From positions 25,730,001 to 25,794,000 of the forward strand of contig OZ024749.1 of the NCBI GenBank assembly GCA_964016885.1: a stretch of 64,000 nt of DNA, written 5' to 3'. This stretch comes from Eledone cirrhosa (lineage: Eukaryota). Position 1 is the stretch's first letter. Each line of letters opens with the position of its first letter. Position numbers and translations under genes: made by a program. The notes under the pieces were generated by a model, which had not been told where the DNA came from, did no database searches, and saw only the letters and a program-made list of their open reading frames with translations. Of the stretch, positions 40,006 to 54,261 are shown in pieces.

Positions 40006-40485
40006 AAATGCAATTGAATATTCATCTGATTAAGAGTTTGCCAACTGGAGCACCACCGATATTCAATAGAGATCGAAATAAGTAAATATATAAATAATAA
40101 ATAAATAAACAAATAAAAAATATATAAGGAATAAATTAATAAATAAATCGAAAAATAGATAAATAAATAAACGTATAATAATAAAATATCTAAATAATTG
40201 TTTCTTCAATATGCACAAGGCTAGCAATTTGAAAGAAAAGGGGAAAGTCGACCAAATTGACCCCAGTGCATTATTGGTCCTTTATTTTATTGGCCCCGCA
40301 AGGGTTAAAGGGAAGGCTAACCTCGTCAGGATTTGAAGTCAGAAAGGATGTAAAGGGTACTTTCATTTATTGGACACAAGGGCCGAGATATAGGGCACAA
40401 TACAAAGATAGGTTTACAATAAAATTGAGTAAAAATACACAATAACCAAAAGTATAATAATATAAAAGTATATCTAGAAAATAAT

Positions 40486-40857
40486 AATAATGTTTCTACT
40501 TTTGGCAGAAGGTCAGCATAATCACCAGTGCATTACTGGTACTTTATTTTATCGACCCTGTAAGGATGAAAGGTAAAGTTAACCTCGACGCGGTTTGAAC
40601 TCAGACCGCAAAGGGGAGTAACTCTATTCTGCAAAGGATGGCATCAGACCCTCTGCAGATACTACCAATCTAATAATAATGTTTCTAATTTTGTCACAAG
40701 GTCAGCAATTACCCCCAGGCGTTACTGGTGCTTTATTTGATCGACCCCGTAAGTATGAACGGCAAAGGTAACCCCGGCAGATTTGACTTCAGAACGTAAA
40801 GGGCCATAACTTTATGCTGCAAATCATGGTGTCTGACGCTCTACCGATACTGCCAAT
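40486..40857 (-). mobile_element. Two tandem tRNA-head SINE copies (40486-40670 and 40676-40857)
   Basis: Reverse complement of the consensus. A more diverged partial copy lies at ~40195-40345. Confidence 0.85.
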
Positions 40858-41897
40858 TATAATAATAAAATTAATAAATGATAAATAAATAGTGAACACA
40901 TAATGAAAATCAAAATTAACAACAAGGACAACAAATCTAAAAAAAAATAGAACAATAAAAATATCACAACAGCAACAATAACAACAATAACAAATGCAAC
41001 GAGAGCAAAAATAATAACAAAAGCACATTAACAACAATAACAGCAACAACAACCATAATAACAATAGAGACTGCATTAAAACAGGAACAACTACAACAAC
41101 AAAGGCAACGAGAGAAAAATAGATAACAACAGCAACAAAAACAACAATAACAACAAAAAATACGATAACAACAACAAGAATAATAACAAAAAACTATATT
41201 AGCAACAACAACAACAAAAATTACAATAAACGAAAACTGCACTAAAAAATAACAACGGCAACGAATACAACAATAACAGCAACCACCATACCAAAGAAAT
41301 GCTAGGTACTATAAACCATTGAAGTCATGCAATTTTCCAGTTTATCAAATTTTTGAAGCCGATCGTTAATCTGTAAGTGCCCACTATTTTAGTTGAATCA
41401 ATCGATTTTATTGCAACGATTTGACGTTTCTTTGTTGTTTTACTTATTTTTGCTGTTGTTGTTGTTGATGCTGTTGTTGTTGTTGTTTATATGTTTGTTT
41501 TATTTTTTTATTTCTTTATTATTATTTTTTTTACATTTTTTTTTTTGTCTATTGTCTATCTCTACTTTATTTTTCATTACTGTTTTATTATTATGTTGCA
41601 GCCAGACGGAAAAAAGGTTTCTGCAGTATTCGTTTTTGTTTTTTTGTTTTTTTGTTTTTCATTTTTTCTTGTTGGTAAAATAGCAAATATAACATGTATA
41701 TATTCCACAAAGAGATTTGTGTCATTAAAAGAATATGGTTTATATGAGAGTTGTTCTCTTTTTACGTTATTTCCATCATTATTATTTCTTATATGACATA
41801 AAAAGACAAAGCTATTATTTTTGGGAGCAGCTATTATTTTTGTTTTTCTTTGCTTTTGTTCTCGTGTTTGAAGAGGTTCTTGATGATATTGGTGGTA

Positions 41898-41967
<70 letters not shown>

Positions 41968-42064
41968 TACTGGTGTTGCCTTTGTTGCCTTAGCTCTAGT
42001 ACAGTTGTGCTGAATGTTATATATGCATATATGCATTTGTCTCAAGCATTAGGCTGTCGCCACG

Positions 42065-42100
<36 letters not shown>

Positions 42101-42862
42101 CCAGTAATGTTGCGTGGTTTACTGTGGCTACTCCAGGAACGGATTTAAATATTTATTTAAAAGCAACAGAAGACCGAAATGGAAATATTATTTCAAAGTT
42201 TTAATGTTACAAAAGCACTATACGTATTTCAATTGCCTAATTACATCATCCGATCATGATTTAAAACTTCGGTGATTTCATCAGGTGTGGAATGCAAAAT
42301 TAATTACTTGATAACAAGATTGCGAGAAACTCAGGCAGAGAATAGATTTGAATAGGATATGGCCCACCCATTTTGTATTATTTTTATGGCGGATATGGTT
42401 CGTCGTACGACAACACAAAGTTGGCGGTTCATCATTTCATCAAATCTATTTTCTATTCTCAGTTGATGTTAGTCTTAAACCTGATATCAATTAATTAATT
42501 TTGCGATCCGCATCTGATGAAATCACCAGAATCTTACTAAATTCAAAATTCAAAGGGGTATATATAATGTAGACATAGTCACAGATACATATATATGAGT
42601 TTGGCAACCTTCCACGGTGTGGCTCAATGAAGAATTAATTAAGCAAATAATCATTAATAAGAGATATATATAAAATTGCAAGTTGGAAGAACTATTAGAT
42701 AAAATATATACAGTATTTCCTCTCCTAGTTCGTATAAATCAACCACATAAAAAAACATTTAAACGAGGCTATAAGTTTCAAATGTAACTATGGAGAAATA
42801 ATAGACAAATGATACAAACTATGTATCCATATATATATATATATTATATTTATATATATATA

Positions 42863-43001
42863 TAACAAATGAATTGTGGTAAGGAACCAGATGGACCATA
42901 ACGCACCGGAGTACTCAATACTTAGGGTAGTAAAGTGGGAAATCGGAAAAAGTATGACCCCGACGGTTTGAGCTCTGCCGTCGGGGTCATACTTTTTCCT
43001 A
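42863..43001 (-). mobile_element. Fold-back mini-copy of the family A PLE terminus
   Basis: Arms GGAAAAAGTATGACCCCGACGG / CCGTCGGGGTCATACTTTTTCC centred on GAGCTC. TA flanks. Confidence 0.88.
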
Positions 43002-43064
43002 TATATATATATTTATATTATATATATATATTATATATATATAATTATATTATGTATATATATT

Positions 43065-43179
<115 letters not shown>

Positions 43180-43278
43180 TGTATATATATATATATATAT
43201 ATTAGCTGTAACACTGACAAAGCGTATTACTGATCAAAGGTGTATATGAAATCATATACAATATATCTAAATGTTGTA

Positions 43279-43350
<72 letters not shown>

Positions 43351-43761
43351 TCACTGGGTATTTTAATCTGCAATCCTGTCTGAGCTAGGTTAGCAATCAT
43401 TTGAGATGGCTGAATATCAATAGCTGACAGATCTGTATCAATCTTCACGTCTATAGTTAAAATGGTATCTGCGATATGATCTCAGCTTAAAATACCCACA
43501 GCCAGACTTATGTAGTTTTCTTATGCATATTTGAAAAACATTAAAAAAAATTACAATGATTTCTACTTCATCTACCTCTCTTCTTCCTTTTCTATTTGTT
43601 TTTCTTTTCCTCTTCTACTTCTATATATTTTTCTTCCTCTTCGTATTTGTCTTCTACTTCTTCCACTTCTTCCTATTTTTCTCTTTCTTCTCTTTTATCC
43701 GCTGTTTACTCTTCTTCTTCGTTTCCTTTTTCGTCTCCTTCTTCTTCGTCTTCTTTCTGAT

Positions 43762-43845
43762 TCTTATTCTTCTTATTCTTATTCTTATTCTTATTCTTAT
43801 TCTTATTCTTATTCTTATTCTTATTCTTATTCTTATTCTTATTCA
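43762..43845. repeat. (TTATTC)n hexanucleotide microsatellite
   Basis: Direct reading. Confidence 0.95.
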
Positions 43846-44616
43846 GGTTGAGAGTTAGATGTTGAGAAATGGCTGCCATCGTCTTCCTAATTTCGTTGAT
43901 TCCTTTTTTTTTTTTTTTTTTTTTTTCCATTTTTTGAGCAGCTGAATTCATTGAATCTATAGCTGCAAGGGAAAATGAATGGAAACCAAACATCGTCATG
44001 AAAGATTCTTTGATTCTTTGAAAGCTTTCTGAAGCAAACCGGAAAATTAGAAGAGAAAGGTCAATATAACTAAAAAAAAAATCACATATATATTGCAATG
44101 TTTGAGAAAATGTCAATTTTTAGTTTAACTGGCGTTCGACACATAGTACATTCCAAAATTCTCTTGAAGAAAAAAAAATTCAAACAGAAACCGAAATTTA
44201 GAGCTTTATAGAATTTGACGTTACTAGAAATTAATTTCAGTTGATACTCTCCTGAATTCAGTGATGTGCGGGATGGATTTAATGAGATATCCATTAAATA
44301 CGTCAGTTTAAAAAAAAGTGACAACTTGGACCTGAAATATATTTCGGGTGCAAGATTTGCGTTCGGTGTGAAGTTAATCAATAATTATTTCCCCTTGGTA
44401 TTGGAGCCCTGTTAAAAAATTGGAAAATAAAATGAAGCAGATATACGGCTTCTATTTCTCTCAATATTTTTTTATAAGTTAGATATTTTAGATTTTATAC
44501 AGTCAACAAGAATTGTTCACGTCACTTCAAGTATTATACCTCACATTTATCATGGCAACGATATTTTTTTTTAAAGACGATAATATACTTATTTACTTAA
44601 ATACCTCACATTATAT

Positions 44617-44805
44617 GGTGGATTGGCAGTATCAGTAGAGGGTCTGACGCCATACTTTGCAGCAAAGAGTTACGGCCATTTATGGTCTGTGTTCAAATCC
44701 CGCCGAGGTTGACTTTGTCTTTCATCCTTACGGGGTCGATAAAATAAAGTACCAGTAATAAACTCGGATAAATGCTGGCCTTGTGCCAACAGTAGAAACA
44801 ATTAT
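44617..44805 (+). mobile_element. tRNA-head SINE with TSD
   Basis: TSD ATTATATGGTGGA. Confidence 0.88.
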
Positions 44806-46264
44806 ATGGTGGAAGAGAGAGACCACAAGGAATTATGAAATAAGGTGGAATGGAAGGTAATGTCGGAGGCTATACACCCGGCTAAGCAGTATATTTCAGC
44901 TGCGTCCGCCGCACAAAATGGTGAATGAAATATTACTGGCGGTTCCCGCTACATATGCCGCTCCATCCCACAGTTGCCTTCCAAAGGCGGGATGCATTCT
45001 GCCCAATTTTGTGGAGGAAATTGCAGTTCGATGGCCACGGACCCGAAAGAAATCATTTGTTCAAGTCCCAGTAGGTGGATATTTCCATCCTTCTGCTTTA
45101 CTGGCAGGGTTTACCTGGGTTTATGGCCGAAGAGACAAGGTTGGGTGGGGTGTGACAAGACCGTGTCACAGCACGTGACTTGCCAAATTACAGAACGTGA
45201 ATGGAAATAGTGTTATCCGGTCTCAACGCTTACAACGACCACGCTGAAGGCCGACAGGTACCAGGCGTGGTGGGAAACGAATTACTTATTACATAATCTG
45301 ACCCTTTACTTAGTAGAGCAAGTGTCTATCACGTTCATACAACTTCATTAGAAATACACAGATTGAGCTGGAGGTTGATTTTTCACTTCCTTATTATCAT
45401 TTATGTCTTACTGTTTATAATTTATATTTATTGCGCTAAACAGCCAACGTGTTATGATAAAGTTATATCTAAACGAGACTGCACAAATATGTATATACAT
45501 ACACACATAGCTAATATGTAAGCATGTAAACATGCTAGAGAATACAAATTTCCCTGTAAATTGAAAACTCCATGTACGATCGTCTAAACTTTTATCATGT
45601 CAGCTAAACATTTATTACAGCATACAATCTTTAACTACATTTTCCAAACATCTATTAGGATTTATAAAATGTTCCACCACACCCAAGTTTTGTATTACAT
45701 CACACTCATGTAAATTGCATCAGATAAATATTTTTCACGTGATCCAAATCATTAATATTAATTTTATCACGGGACCGAAAAAAGAATTACTATTTTTATT
45801 CAAGCAGATATTACATCACCTAAACATCGATTCCGTCAAGCTAAAATGTATCTGTGACATGATAAATATCTAGATTACCTAATTCAATATTTACATCATT
45901 TATCCTCAGAACGACACACCTCATGCAAAGAGGCATCCATCCGCTCTACCTCCGGCATCCGCTCCATCTACGCCATCCGCCCTATCTGTCTTCCATATCC
46001 TTCTATAGCTACATGACTTTCGACTTCAATTTCGCATAATCAGAAGCCCTGTCCCTCCACATCAAGCTGAAATTGTAAAGACAAAAAATAAAAATCATTA
46101 TCAGTGTTGATGACATAACGTAGATTGGAGTTAGTGTATGATTGACTTCGCGTGTTAATACTGACGAAGCAGAAATTGAGGTAGAAGCTCCCGATAGTAT
46201 GGTGTGTAAATAAGCTGACAAATTGGCTTCCATGTAAACATTTACTTACTCCCTACGCATAATG

Positions 46265-46295
<31 letters not shown>

Positions 46296-46395
46296 TATAT
46301 ATATATATTTATATATATATATATATATATATTTATATGTATATATATATATGTATATATATTATATGTATATATAATTGTATATATATATATAA

Positions 46396-46444
<49 letters not shown>

Positions 46445-46599
46445 CATGTATATGTAGCAATGCAAATGTGTATATGTGAATGTGTAGATGTGAAGATGTG
46501 TAGATGTGTGTTTCGCGTTAATGTCGCTTAAGCGTTAATACCAACGTCATCTACAACAGCCACAACACCACTAACACCACAACAACATCATCACTACTA

Positions 46600-46603
46600 C
46601 TAC

Positions 46604-46664
<61 letters not shown>

Positions 46665-46739
46665 TTTGTGGGCGTCGTTGTCGTCGTCGTCGTGGTAGTA
46701 CTAGTAGTGATGATGGTGTTGGCGGTGGTGGGGGGGGGG

Positions 46740-46830
<91 letters not shown>

Positions 46831-47880
46831 AGGATCATTTACCAAACACATGGACAGAAACGACAAAAACAAAAAATAAATTTAGGAATATATGTTAACA
46901 GCGTATAAAACTATCAGCACATATTTATATAACCTAACCTCTATTCCTGGGTCCACCAGACACACCGCCACCAGTGCCACCACCACCACCGCCACCAACA
47001 CCAGATACACCAGCACCACCACCAGCACGACCAACAGCATCACCACACCACAACCACCATCAAAAACAACAACAACTCCACCAGCATCACGATCACGACC
47101 ACAAACACCAACAACAAAAACTACAACACCTCCACCGACACCAGCACCACCACCAGCAGCACCACCATCACGACCACAACCACCAACAACAAAAACTACA
47201 ACACCTCCACCATCACCACCATAACCAAAAGAAATACCTGACTCCACCATTACCAACTCCACCAACCCATAAAACCAACCATCACCACCACCAGCACAAC
47301 TACCACAATCACCAAGAAAACCAACAACACTTCCACAAGCACCACCGTAACCAAAAGGAATACAACACCAACCCCGAAAAAACTAACCATCAACACCAAA
47401 ACCACCACCAACAACACCAGCACCAGCACCACCAGCCCCGAAATACCCACCATCACCATCAAAACCAAAACCGCCACCAACAACAACACCAACAGTACCA
47501 GCACCACCAGCATCAGCACGACCAGCCCTGAAAAACTCAACCATCACCATCATCACCAAAACCACCAACACCAGCACCAGCACCAGCACCAGCACCACCA
47601 ACCCCGAAATACCAATCATTACCATCACCACCAAAACCACCAACAACCTCAACAGCAGTACCACCAACACCAGCACCAGCAACAGCACCACCAACCCCGA
47701 AATACCAATCATTACCATCACCACCAAAACCACCAACGCCAACAACAGCAGCACCACCAACACCAGCACCAGAACCACCAACCCCGAAGGTTTAACCATT
47801 ACCATCACTACCCAAACCGTCACCAACAACACCACCAACAGTCCCAGCACCACCAGCCCCGAAAGACCAACCTTCGCCAC
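46600..47880. repeat. (TAG)n tracts followed by a cryptic (ACC/AGC)-rich array with minisatellite units
   Basis: ACCCCGAAATACCAATCATTACCATCACCACCAAAACCACCAAC is repeated at ~47601 and ~47694. Confidence 0.8.
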
Positions 47881-48219
47881 CATTAAGTCAGCCATGTTCT
47901 CAAGACACGCTATATCAACCTTTCTACAGTACGACCCTGTTGCATCTTATCTCTAAGATAAACTGCATATTTCTGTTGACAGTGTAGTTCTTATCCATTA
48001 AGCTGTCACTACGAATTTGTAGACTTTCATACAACCGGAGAATAGATGTGTGTTTATATATATATATATATATACATGCATACATATATATATATATATA
48101 TATATACATACATATATATATACATGCATATATATATATATATACATACACACATATATATATACATGCATATATATATATACATACATATATATATACA
48201 TGCATATATATATATACAT

Positions 48220-48259
<40 letters not shown>

Positions 48260-48407
48260 GCCTGTTTGTGTGGGTGCGTGTGCGTGTGCGTGTATGTGTG
48301 AGTATACATGCAGACACTTTCACGCAAGCATATCTTCATATATACATTTTAAGCGCCACTACGACTCCGTCAGAATTTAGGTGTCCATTTGTATACACAT
48401 ACACACT

Positions 48408-48441
<34 letters not shown>

Positions 48442-48618
48442 CACACATATACATATAGATATACACATTGGATATGTATAATGTTTGTTAGAAAGCAGCG
48501 TAAGTTTGAAGATGTTATGGTAAACTTCCTGTTGATATAACTAATTTTACCATTAGAAGCCTTAGTTGTGAAATGCATGTAAAACAATATTTTAACATCT
48601 TTCACTGTTCCTCTAAAC

Positions 48619-48956
48619 CATTGGTTCCCAACCAGGGGGCCATGGCCCACCAGTGTGCCATAGCAACTTATTGGGGGAGCCACGCGAATTAACTAAAAAT
48701 CACAAAATTTTATACATAAAAAAGAAGAGTAGTTTCCTAACATAATTTTCTCTTTTTCTTGCTTTAAATTTTTATATTCAACTTTTTATCAACTTTCTAC
48801 CTTTTCTAATTAGGATTTTACTTCACAAATAAAAAGACAAGCCAAAAATATTTCGACATAAAAAAATTATATCAACAATTTAAATTTTTTTGGTGGGCCA
48901 TACAGTTTTGCTATATCATTAAGGTGGAATTTATTATAAAAGGTTAGGAACCGCTG
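48619..48956. mobile_element. hAT (Charlie-like) MITE
   Basis: TIRs CATTGGTTCCCAACC / GGTTAGGAACCGCTG, TSD CTCTAAAC/CTCGAAAC, empty paralogous site at ~50449. Confidence 0.88.
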
Positions 48957-49021
48957 CTCGAAACAGAGTAGAATATATGAGAATTCTTTTATGTCAAATC
49001 AACAAGCATTATTGCGTCATT

Positions 49022-49211
49022 GGCGGTGGATTGGCAGTATCAGTAGAGGGTCGGACGCCATGCTTTCCAGCATAGTTACGTCCCTTTACGATCTGAGTTC
49101 AAATCCCGCCGAGGTTGACTTTGCCTTTCATCCTTACGGGGTCGATAAAATAAAGTACCAGTAATGCACTGGGTAATTGCTGGCCTTGTGCCAAAAGTAG
49201 AAACAATTATT
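49022..49211 (+). mobile_element. tRNA-head SINE, near consensus, with TSD
   Basis: TSD ATTATTGCGTCATT. Confidence 0.92.
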
Positions 49212-49305
49212 GCGTCATTAGAATATAAAAAATCCCGTTGAGAGTTCACCAAGGAGCTATTGGGATGGTAGAGATGATATAACAGTATATTAAATTTCAA
49301 ATGAT

Positions 49306-49524
49306 GCGCTGGATTGGCAGTATCGTTAGAGAGTCAGACGCCATGCTTTGCAGCATAGAGTTACGGCCCTTTATGATCAGAGATCAAATCCCACCAGGGT
49401 TAACTTTGCCTTTCATCGTTACGGGGTCGATAAAATAAAATACCAGTCACGCACTGGGGTCAATTTAATCGACTTTCCCCTCCCCTAATATTGATGGCCT
49501 TGTGCCTATATAAGAAACCATTAT
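49306..49524 (+). mobile_element. tRNA-head SINE, longer subfamily
   Basis: Extra GGGGTCAATTTAATCGACTTTCCCCTCCCCTAA segment before the tail, shared with 53641-53860. Confidence 0.85.
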
Positions 49525-50271
49525 CTATAAATATAGTAAAATAAAATATTTATAATATTTCTTCATACAAAGTATATATTATATAAATTATTATATATAA
49601 ACTAAGGATTTTATTTACCGTATGTTATTTACAATTTGTGAATGGGCAGGTCTCTCTATAAATAGGGGTGGGACCGCTGAGGGAGGGTTTTACGTCACCC
49701 TGATTAGCGGCAGTGGCCTGAAATGCTGAGAACTCAGCGTGAGTGCGTTGTGGTATTAGTTAGGGCTCTTGACACTCACAATTCAAATCCGCATGAAGTC
49801 AAATTTACACTATGTTCTTTCGTGTTTGATGAAAAAAATGTACCACTCTAGTACTGATGTCGATTTTTTCTATCCTTCCCCGGTTTTCAGACCTGGAGAG
49901 GTGATGGTATTGGGAAGGTTTAAAAAAAGACCCCAAGAAAAGTCGTTTTACAATATGACACCCTTACGACATCATCAGGTCTTACATCACATAATGATTC
50001 GATGTTCGAGCTTTCCGATCTAAAATCAAGCGAACGAACATATGCAACCCAGTTCAGTTTGTATGGTTACCGTATATATATATATATTAAAGGTATATGT
50101 TCCTACATGAAATTAATACACATAGGGACATAAGTATAGTCCGACCGTATGCTAATGTGGTTCAATGGCAAGTTAATAAATTAAGGGCATATATAATAAG
50201 TACAGTGAATTTTTTGGAATCTATATATTTTTATATATTTTATAGGATATTTTCTATGTTTACACTCCCTG

Positions 50272-50310
<39 letters not shown>

Positions 50311-51082
50311 TAGAAACTCAGATATATACCCTTACAATTACGTTTGAAGATTTTATGGTAAACCTCTTGCTGATATAACAAGTTTTACAATTAAAAGCCT
50401 TAGTTTTGAAATGCTTGTAAAACATTATGTAAACATATTTCACTGTTCCTCTAAACAGAGTAGAATATATTAGAATCTTCTTATGCCAACATTTCAAACA
50501 TTATTACGCCGTCATTAGAATATAACAATCACGTTACATATATAGATATATATGGATGTTTGATAGTTATCACGATTCGGTTTGTACTATTTCTTAATTT
50601 ATTCTTTTAATTGACTCTGGCAAAGCGTATTGTGTGTTTATCTCTCTTTATTATATTAAATTATATCGTGTATATATATATTAACACAAATAAAATAACA
50701 GGTACCACACCACCCGCTTTGTTACCTTCAGTTAATTCCAAAATCTACCATCTATTTTTACTTTGTCGTAGACATCAAATAAAATGCTGCTATATATATT
50801 GTACGGAATATTCAATATACCTGGAATAATCTGGCTAATGTGCATAAAGATCTGAAAATATAATTAAATTATGTATGAATAATGTATGTTAGGAAATGTA
50901 GAATAAAATATACTGAATGCAAATATTGCTACAGTTTTGTAATTCTCAGAACTATCTCTGAAAAACATAGTACAAGCAATTTTTAGTTGAAGATGGAATC
51001 ATTAAACGTTGATATGACGACATGCATACGAATAGTGTGTGCGCTTGTGTTTGTCGGTGTGTGAGTGTGTATTTCTTTATAT

Positions 51083-51119
<37 letters not shown>

Positions 51120-51142
51120 CTATCGAGTAAAGCATGTCCAGA

Positions 51143-51228
<86 letters not shown>

Positions 51229-51234
<6 letters not shown>

Positions 51235-51410
51235 GGCTTCTACAGGACTAGAAGTGTTTCATTCGGGAAAGATCATCAGGATATCCCAGGGCTCCTGAAA
51301 CGGTTCTGGTACTGTAGAAGCCATTTCTATATTAAATATTTATACAATGCTATATATTGAGTACCTTACTTACTATGGTTACCCCCAGTTGAACCCGGGA
51401 TAAACATACT
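51229..51410. mobile_element. Fold-back PLE-terminus insert (family C)
   Basis: The - arm carries CTGATGA..GAAA..CTGTAGAAGCC. The + arm matches 7900-8008. TA flanks. Confidence 0.85.
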
Positions 51411-51689
51411 TATATATATAAGAAATGTAAATCTGAGCTTAATAATACTATTTGATTCGCTTGCAATTATGCAAAGAACCTCTTTAAGCCATGAAAGTAG
51501 AATGACACCGTCAATCTTGCCTTGTGTTGGCATATATATAGAACGGCAGACATTACTGTTTCTGATAAGGGTAATCACCCAAGAAACATTAGTGTCTGCA
51601 GTTCTGTTTATAAACTAATACAAACTTACATAGCTTAAAGATGCTGTTTCCATAATTGCAAACGAATCGAATATGATTATTGATATTAG

Positions 51690-51878
51690 GGCGGTGGATT
51701 GGCAGTATCGGTAGAGGGTCGGACGCCATGCTTTCCAGCATAGTTACGTCCCTTTATGATCTGAGTTCAAATCCCGCCGAGATTGGCTTTGCCTTTCATC
51801 CTTACGGGGTCGATAAAATAAAGTACCAGTAATGCACTGGGTAATTGCTGGCCTTGTGCCTAAAGTAGAAACAATTAT
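51690..51878 (+). mobile_element. tRNA-head SINE
   Basis: Near-consensus copy. Confidence 0.92.
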
Positions 51879-51968
51879 ATATATATATATATATATACAT
51901 ATATTGTTATGTTTTGGGAGGGTCAAACAAAGAATCTTGCTAAACAAATTCAGAAACGAAATATATAC

Positions 51969-52081
<113 letters not shown>

Positions 52082-52328
52082 ATATATATATATATAATAT
52101 TTCGTATTCAAGCAATCCCCGTTCTTCCATTGATATGGAAGAAAAGAACCGTTTTCTTCAAACATTTCAATTTTTTCTTCACTTCTTTTCTACTTTCCTG
52201 CCATTTTTTTTTTCAATCATGCAATATATTTTTCTATCATTTCTGTTTACAAAATATACTTTCTAGATTCGAAGATATTCTATATAAGTATATAAACCAG
52301 TTTCTTTCACAGCATACACCTCTTCTTC

Positions 52329-52369
<41 letters not shown>

Positions 52370-52533
52370 CAAATGTATATATATATATAGATATATATAT
52401 ATATACACACATATATATATATAGATACACACACATACATATATATATATAATAGAAACACACAGGCGCACACACATATACGTATATATATATATATGTG
52501 TGTGTGTGTTTGTGATTGTATATATATATATAT

Positions 52534-52576
<43 letters not shown>

Positions 52577-52864
52577 CATATATAGATACATATATAGATC
52601 CTATACTCTTTATTCATTGGATGTCTCTGGTCACATGAATTTGAATGGCGCGCTTATTTTTTTATTAGCGAGTTGCTCCAGTATACGTCTTAGGTAGATG
52701 CGTTTCTATTCAAACAAGTAGTTTCTTTTTTCTGGTGGAGATAATAAGAATATTTTCGATTGACATAACTAGCTTGCTTGCATGGCTCTTTGTTCGCTGG
52801 AATTTGTACTAAATAGGTTTTGTTGAAAATAATGGGATGTATACATACACGCATTTCTCTCTCC

Positions 52865-52947
<83 letters not shown>

Positions 52948-53112
52948 CGTATATATATTGTATGTATATATATATAAATATATGTATATATATATATATG
53001 TATGTTTCTATATATATACATATTTACATACACACACACATACTCATATATATATATATATATACAAATATATTTATATATATACATATTTACATACACA
53101 TACACACATACT

Positions 53113-53150
<38 letters not shown>

Positions 53151-53528
53151 TATTTATATATATACATATATATATATAGTTATCCATATATATGTCTGCT
53201 TATAGATTATGTATGTATATCCGAATGTATGTATGTATTTACGAATGTATATACGTATTTATGTGTGTATGTATGTATATTTGTATGTATGTAAGTATCG
53301 TTTCCAGTGGTAGCTTTCGAGGGAGGTATCTACTTTCGTCCATTTCTCCTACGTATTCCGTATTACGATAATTATAAATCTTGGTACTGACATACAACCT
53401 ACAGGACATGATATTGTTACTGTGAGCATCCAGCCTCTTTGTCACTTAAACTACTTGCTTTTTAGTTATTATTTGAAACAACCTAATACCACATTTTCAT
53501 GACAACGCTGTTTCGCGAGCTAGCTAGC

Positions 53529-53584
<56 letters not shown>

Positions 53585-53640
53585 ATGGTGGGAGGGCGTG
53601 TAGTAATAGTGTTTTTTTGTTGTTGTTGATGCTATTGTAA

Positions 53641-53860
53641 TAATGATTTCTTATGTAGGCAGAAGGCCAACAATTTTAGGGGCAGAGGAAAATTCGATGA
53701 AATCGACCCCAGTGCGTGACTGGTACTTTATTTCATCGACCCCGTAAGGATGAAAGGCAAAGTTAACCTCGGCGGGATTTGAACTCAGATCATAAAGGGC
53801 CGTAACTCTATGCGGCAAAGCATGGCGTCCGACCCTCTACCGATACTGCCAATCCACCGC
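53641..53860 (-). mobile_element. tRNA-head SINE, longer subfamily
   Basis: Reverse complement of the consensus. Confidence 0.88.
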
Positions 53861-53904
53861 TCTTGATGCTGTTGTAATAATAATTGTTGTTTTTCTTGTT
53901 GCTG

Positions 53905-53967
53905 TTGATATAGTAGTAGTAGTAGCAACAACAAAAACAGCAACAATAACAACAGCAGCAACGGTAT

Positions 53968-54018
<51 letters not shown>

Positions 54019-54076
54019 CGACAGCAGTAGTAGCAGTAGTAGTTGTGGCAGCAGCAGCAGCAGCAGCAGTAGCAGC

Positions 54077-54132
<56 letters not shown>

Positions 54133-54186
54133 CGACAGCAGTAGTAGTAGTAGTAGTAGCGACAGCAGTAGTAGCAGTAGTAGTTG

Positions 54187-54260
<74 letters not shown>
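53905..54260. repeat. (TAG)n/(CAG)n compound array
   Basis: Direct reading. The block GCGACAGCAGTAGTAGCAGTAGTAGTTGTGGCAGCAG is repeated. Confidence 0.92.

Positions 54261-54261
<1 letters not shown>

Noticed and set aside
46892-47895. Mucin-like Pro/Thr-rich ORFs
   Set aside because: Cryptic ACC repeats with stops and frame changes, and no splice or domain support.
49696-49745. HHR-like CTGATTA...GAAA with a strong stem III
   Set aside because: G8 is lost without compensation, the site would be UG, and stem I is broken; at best a dead remnant.
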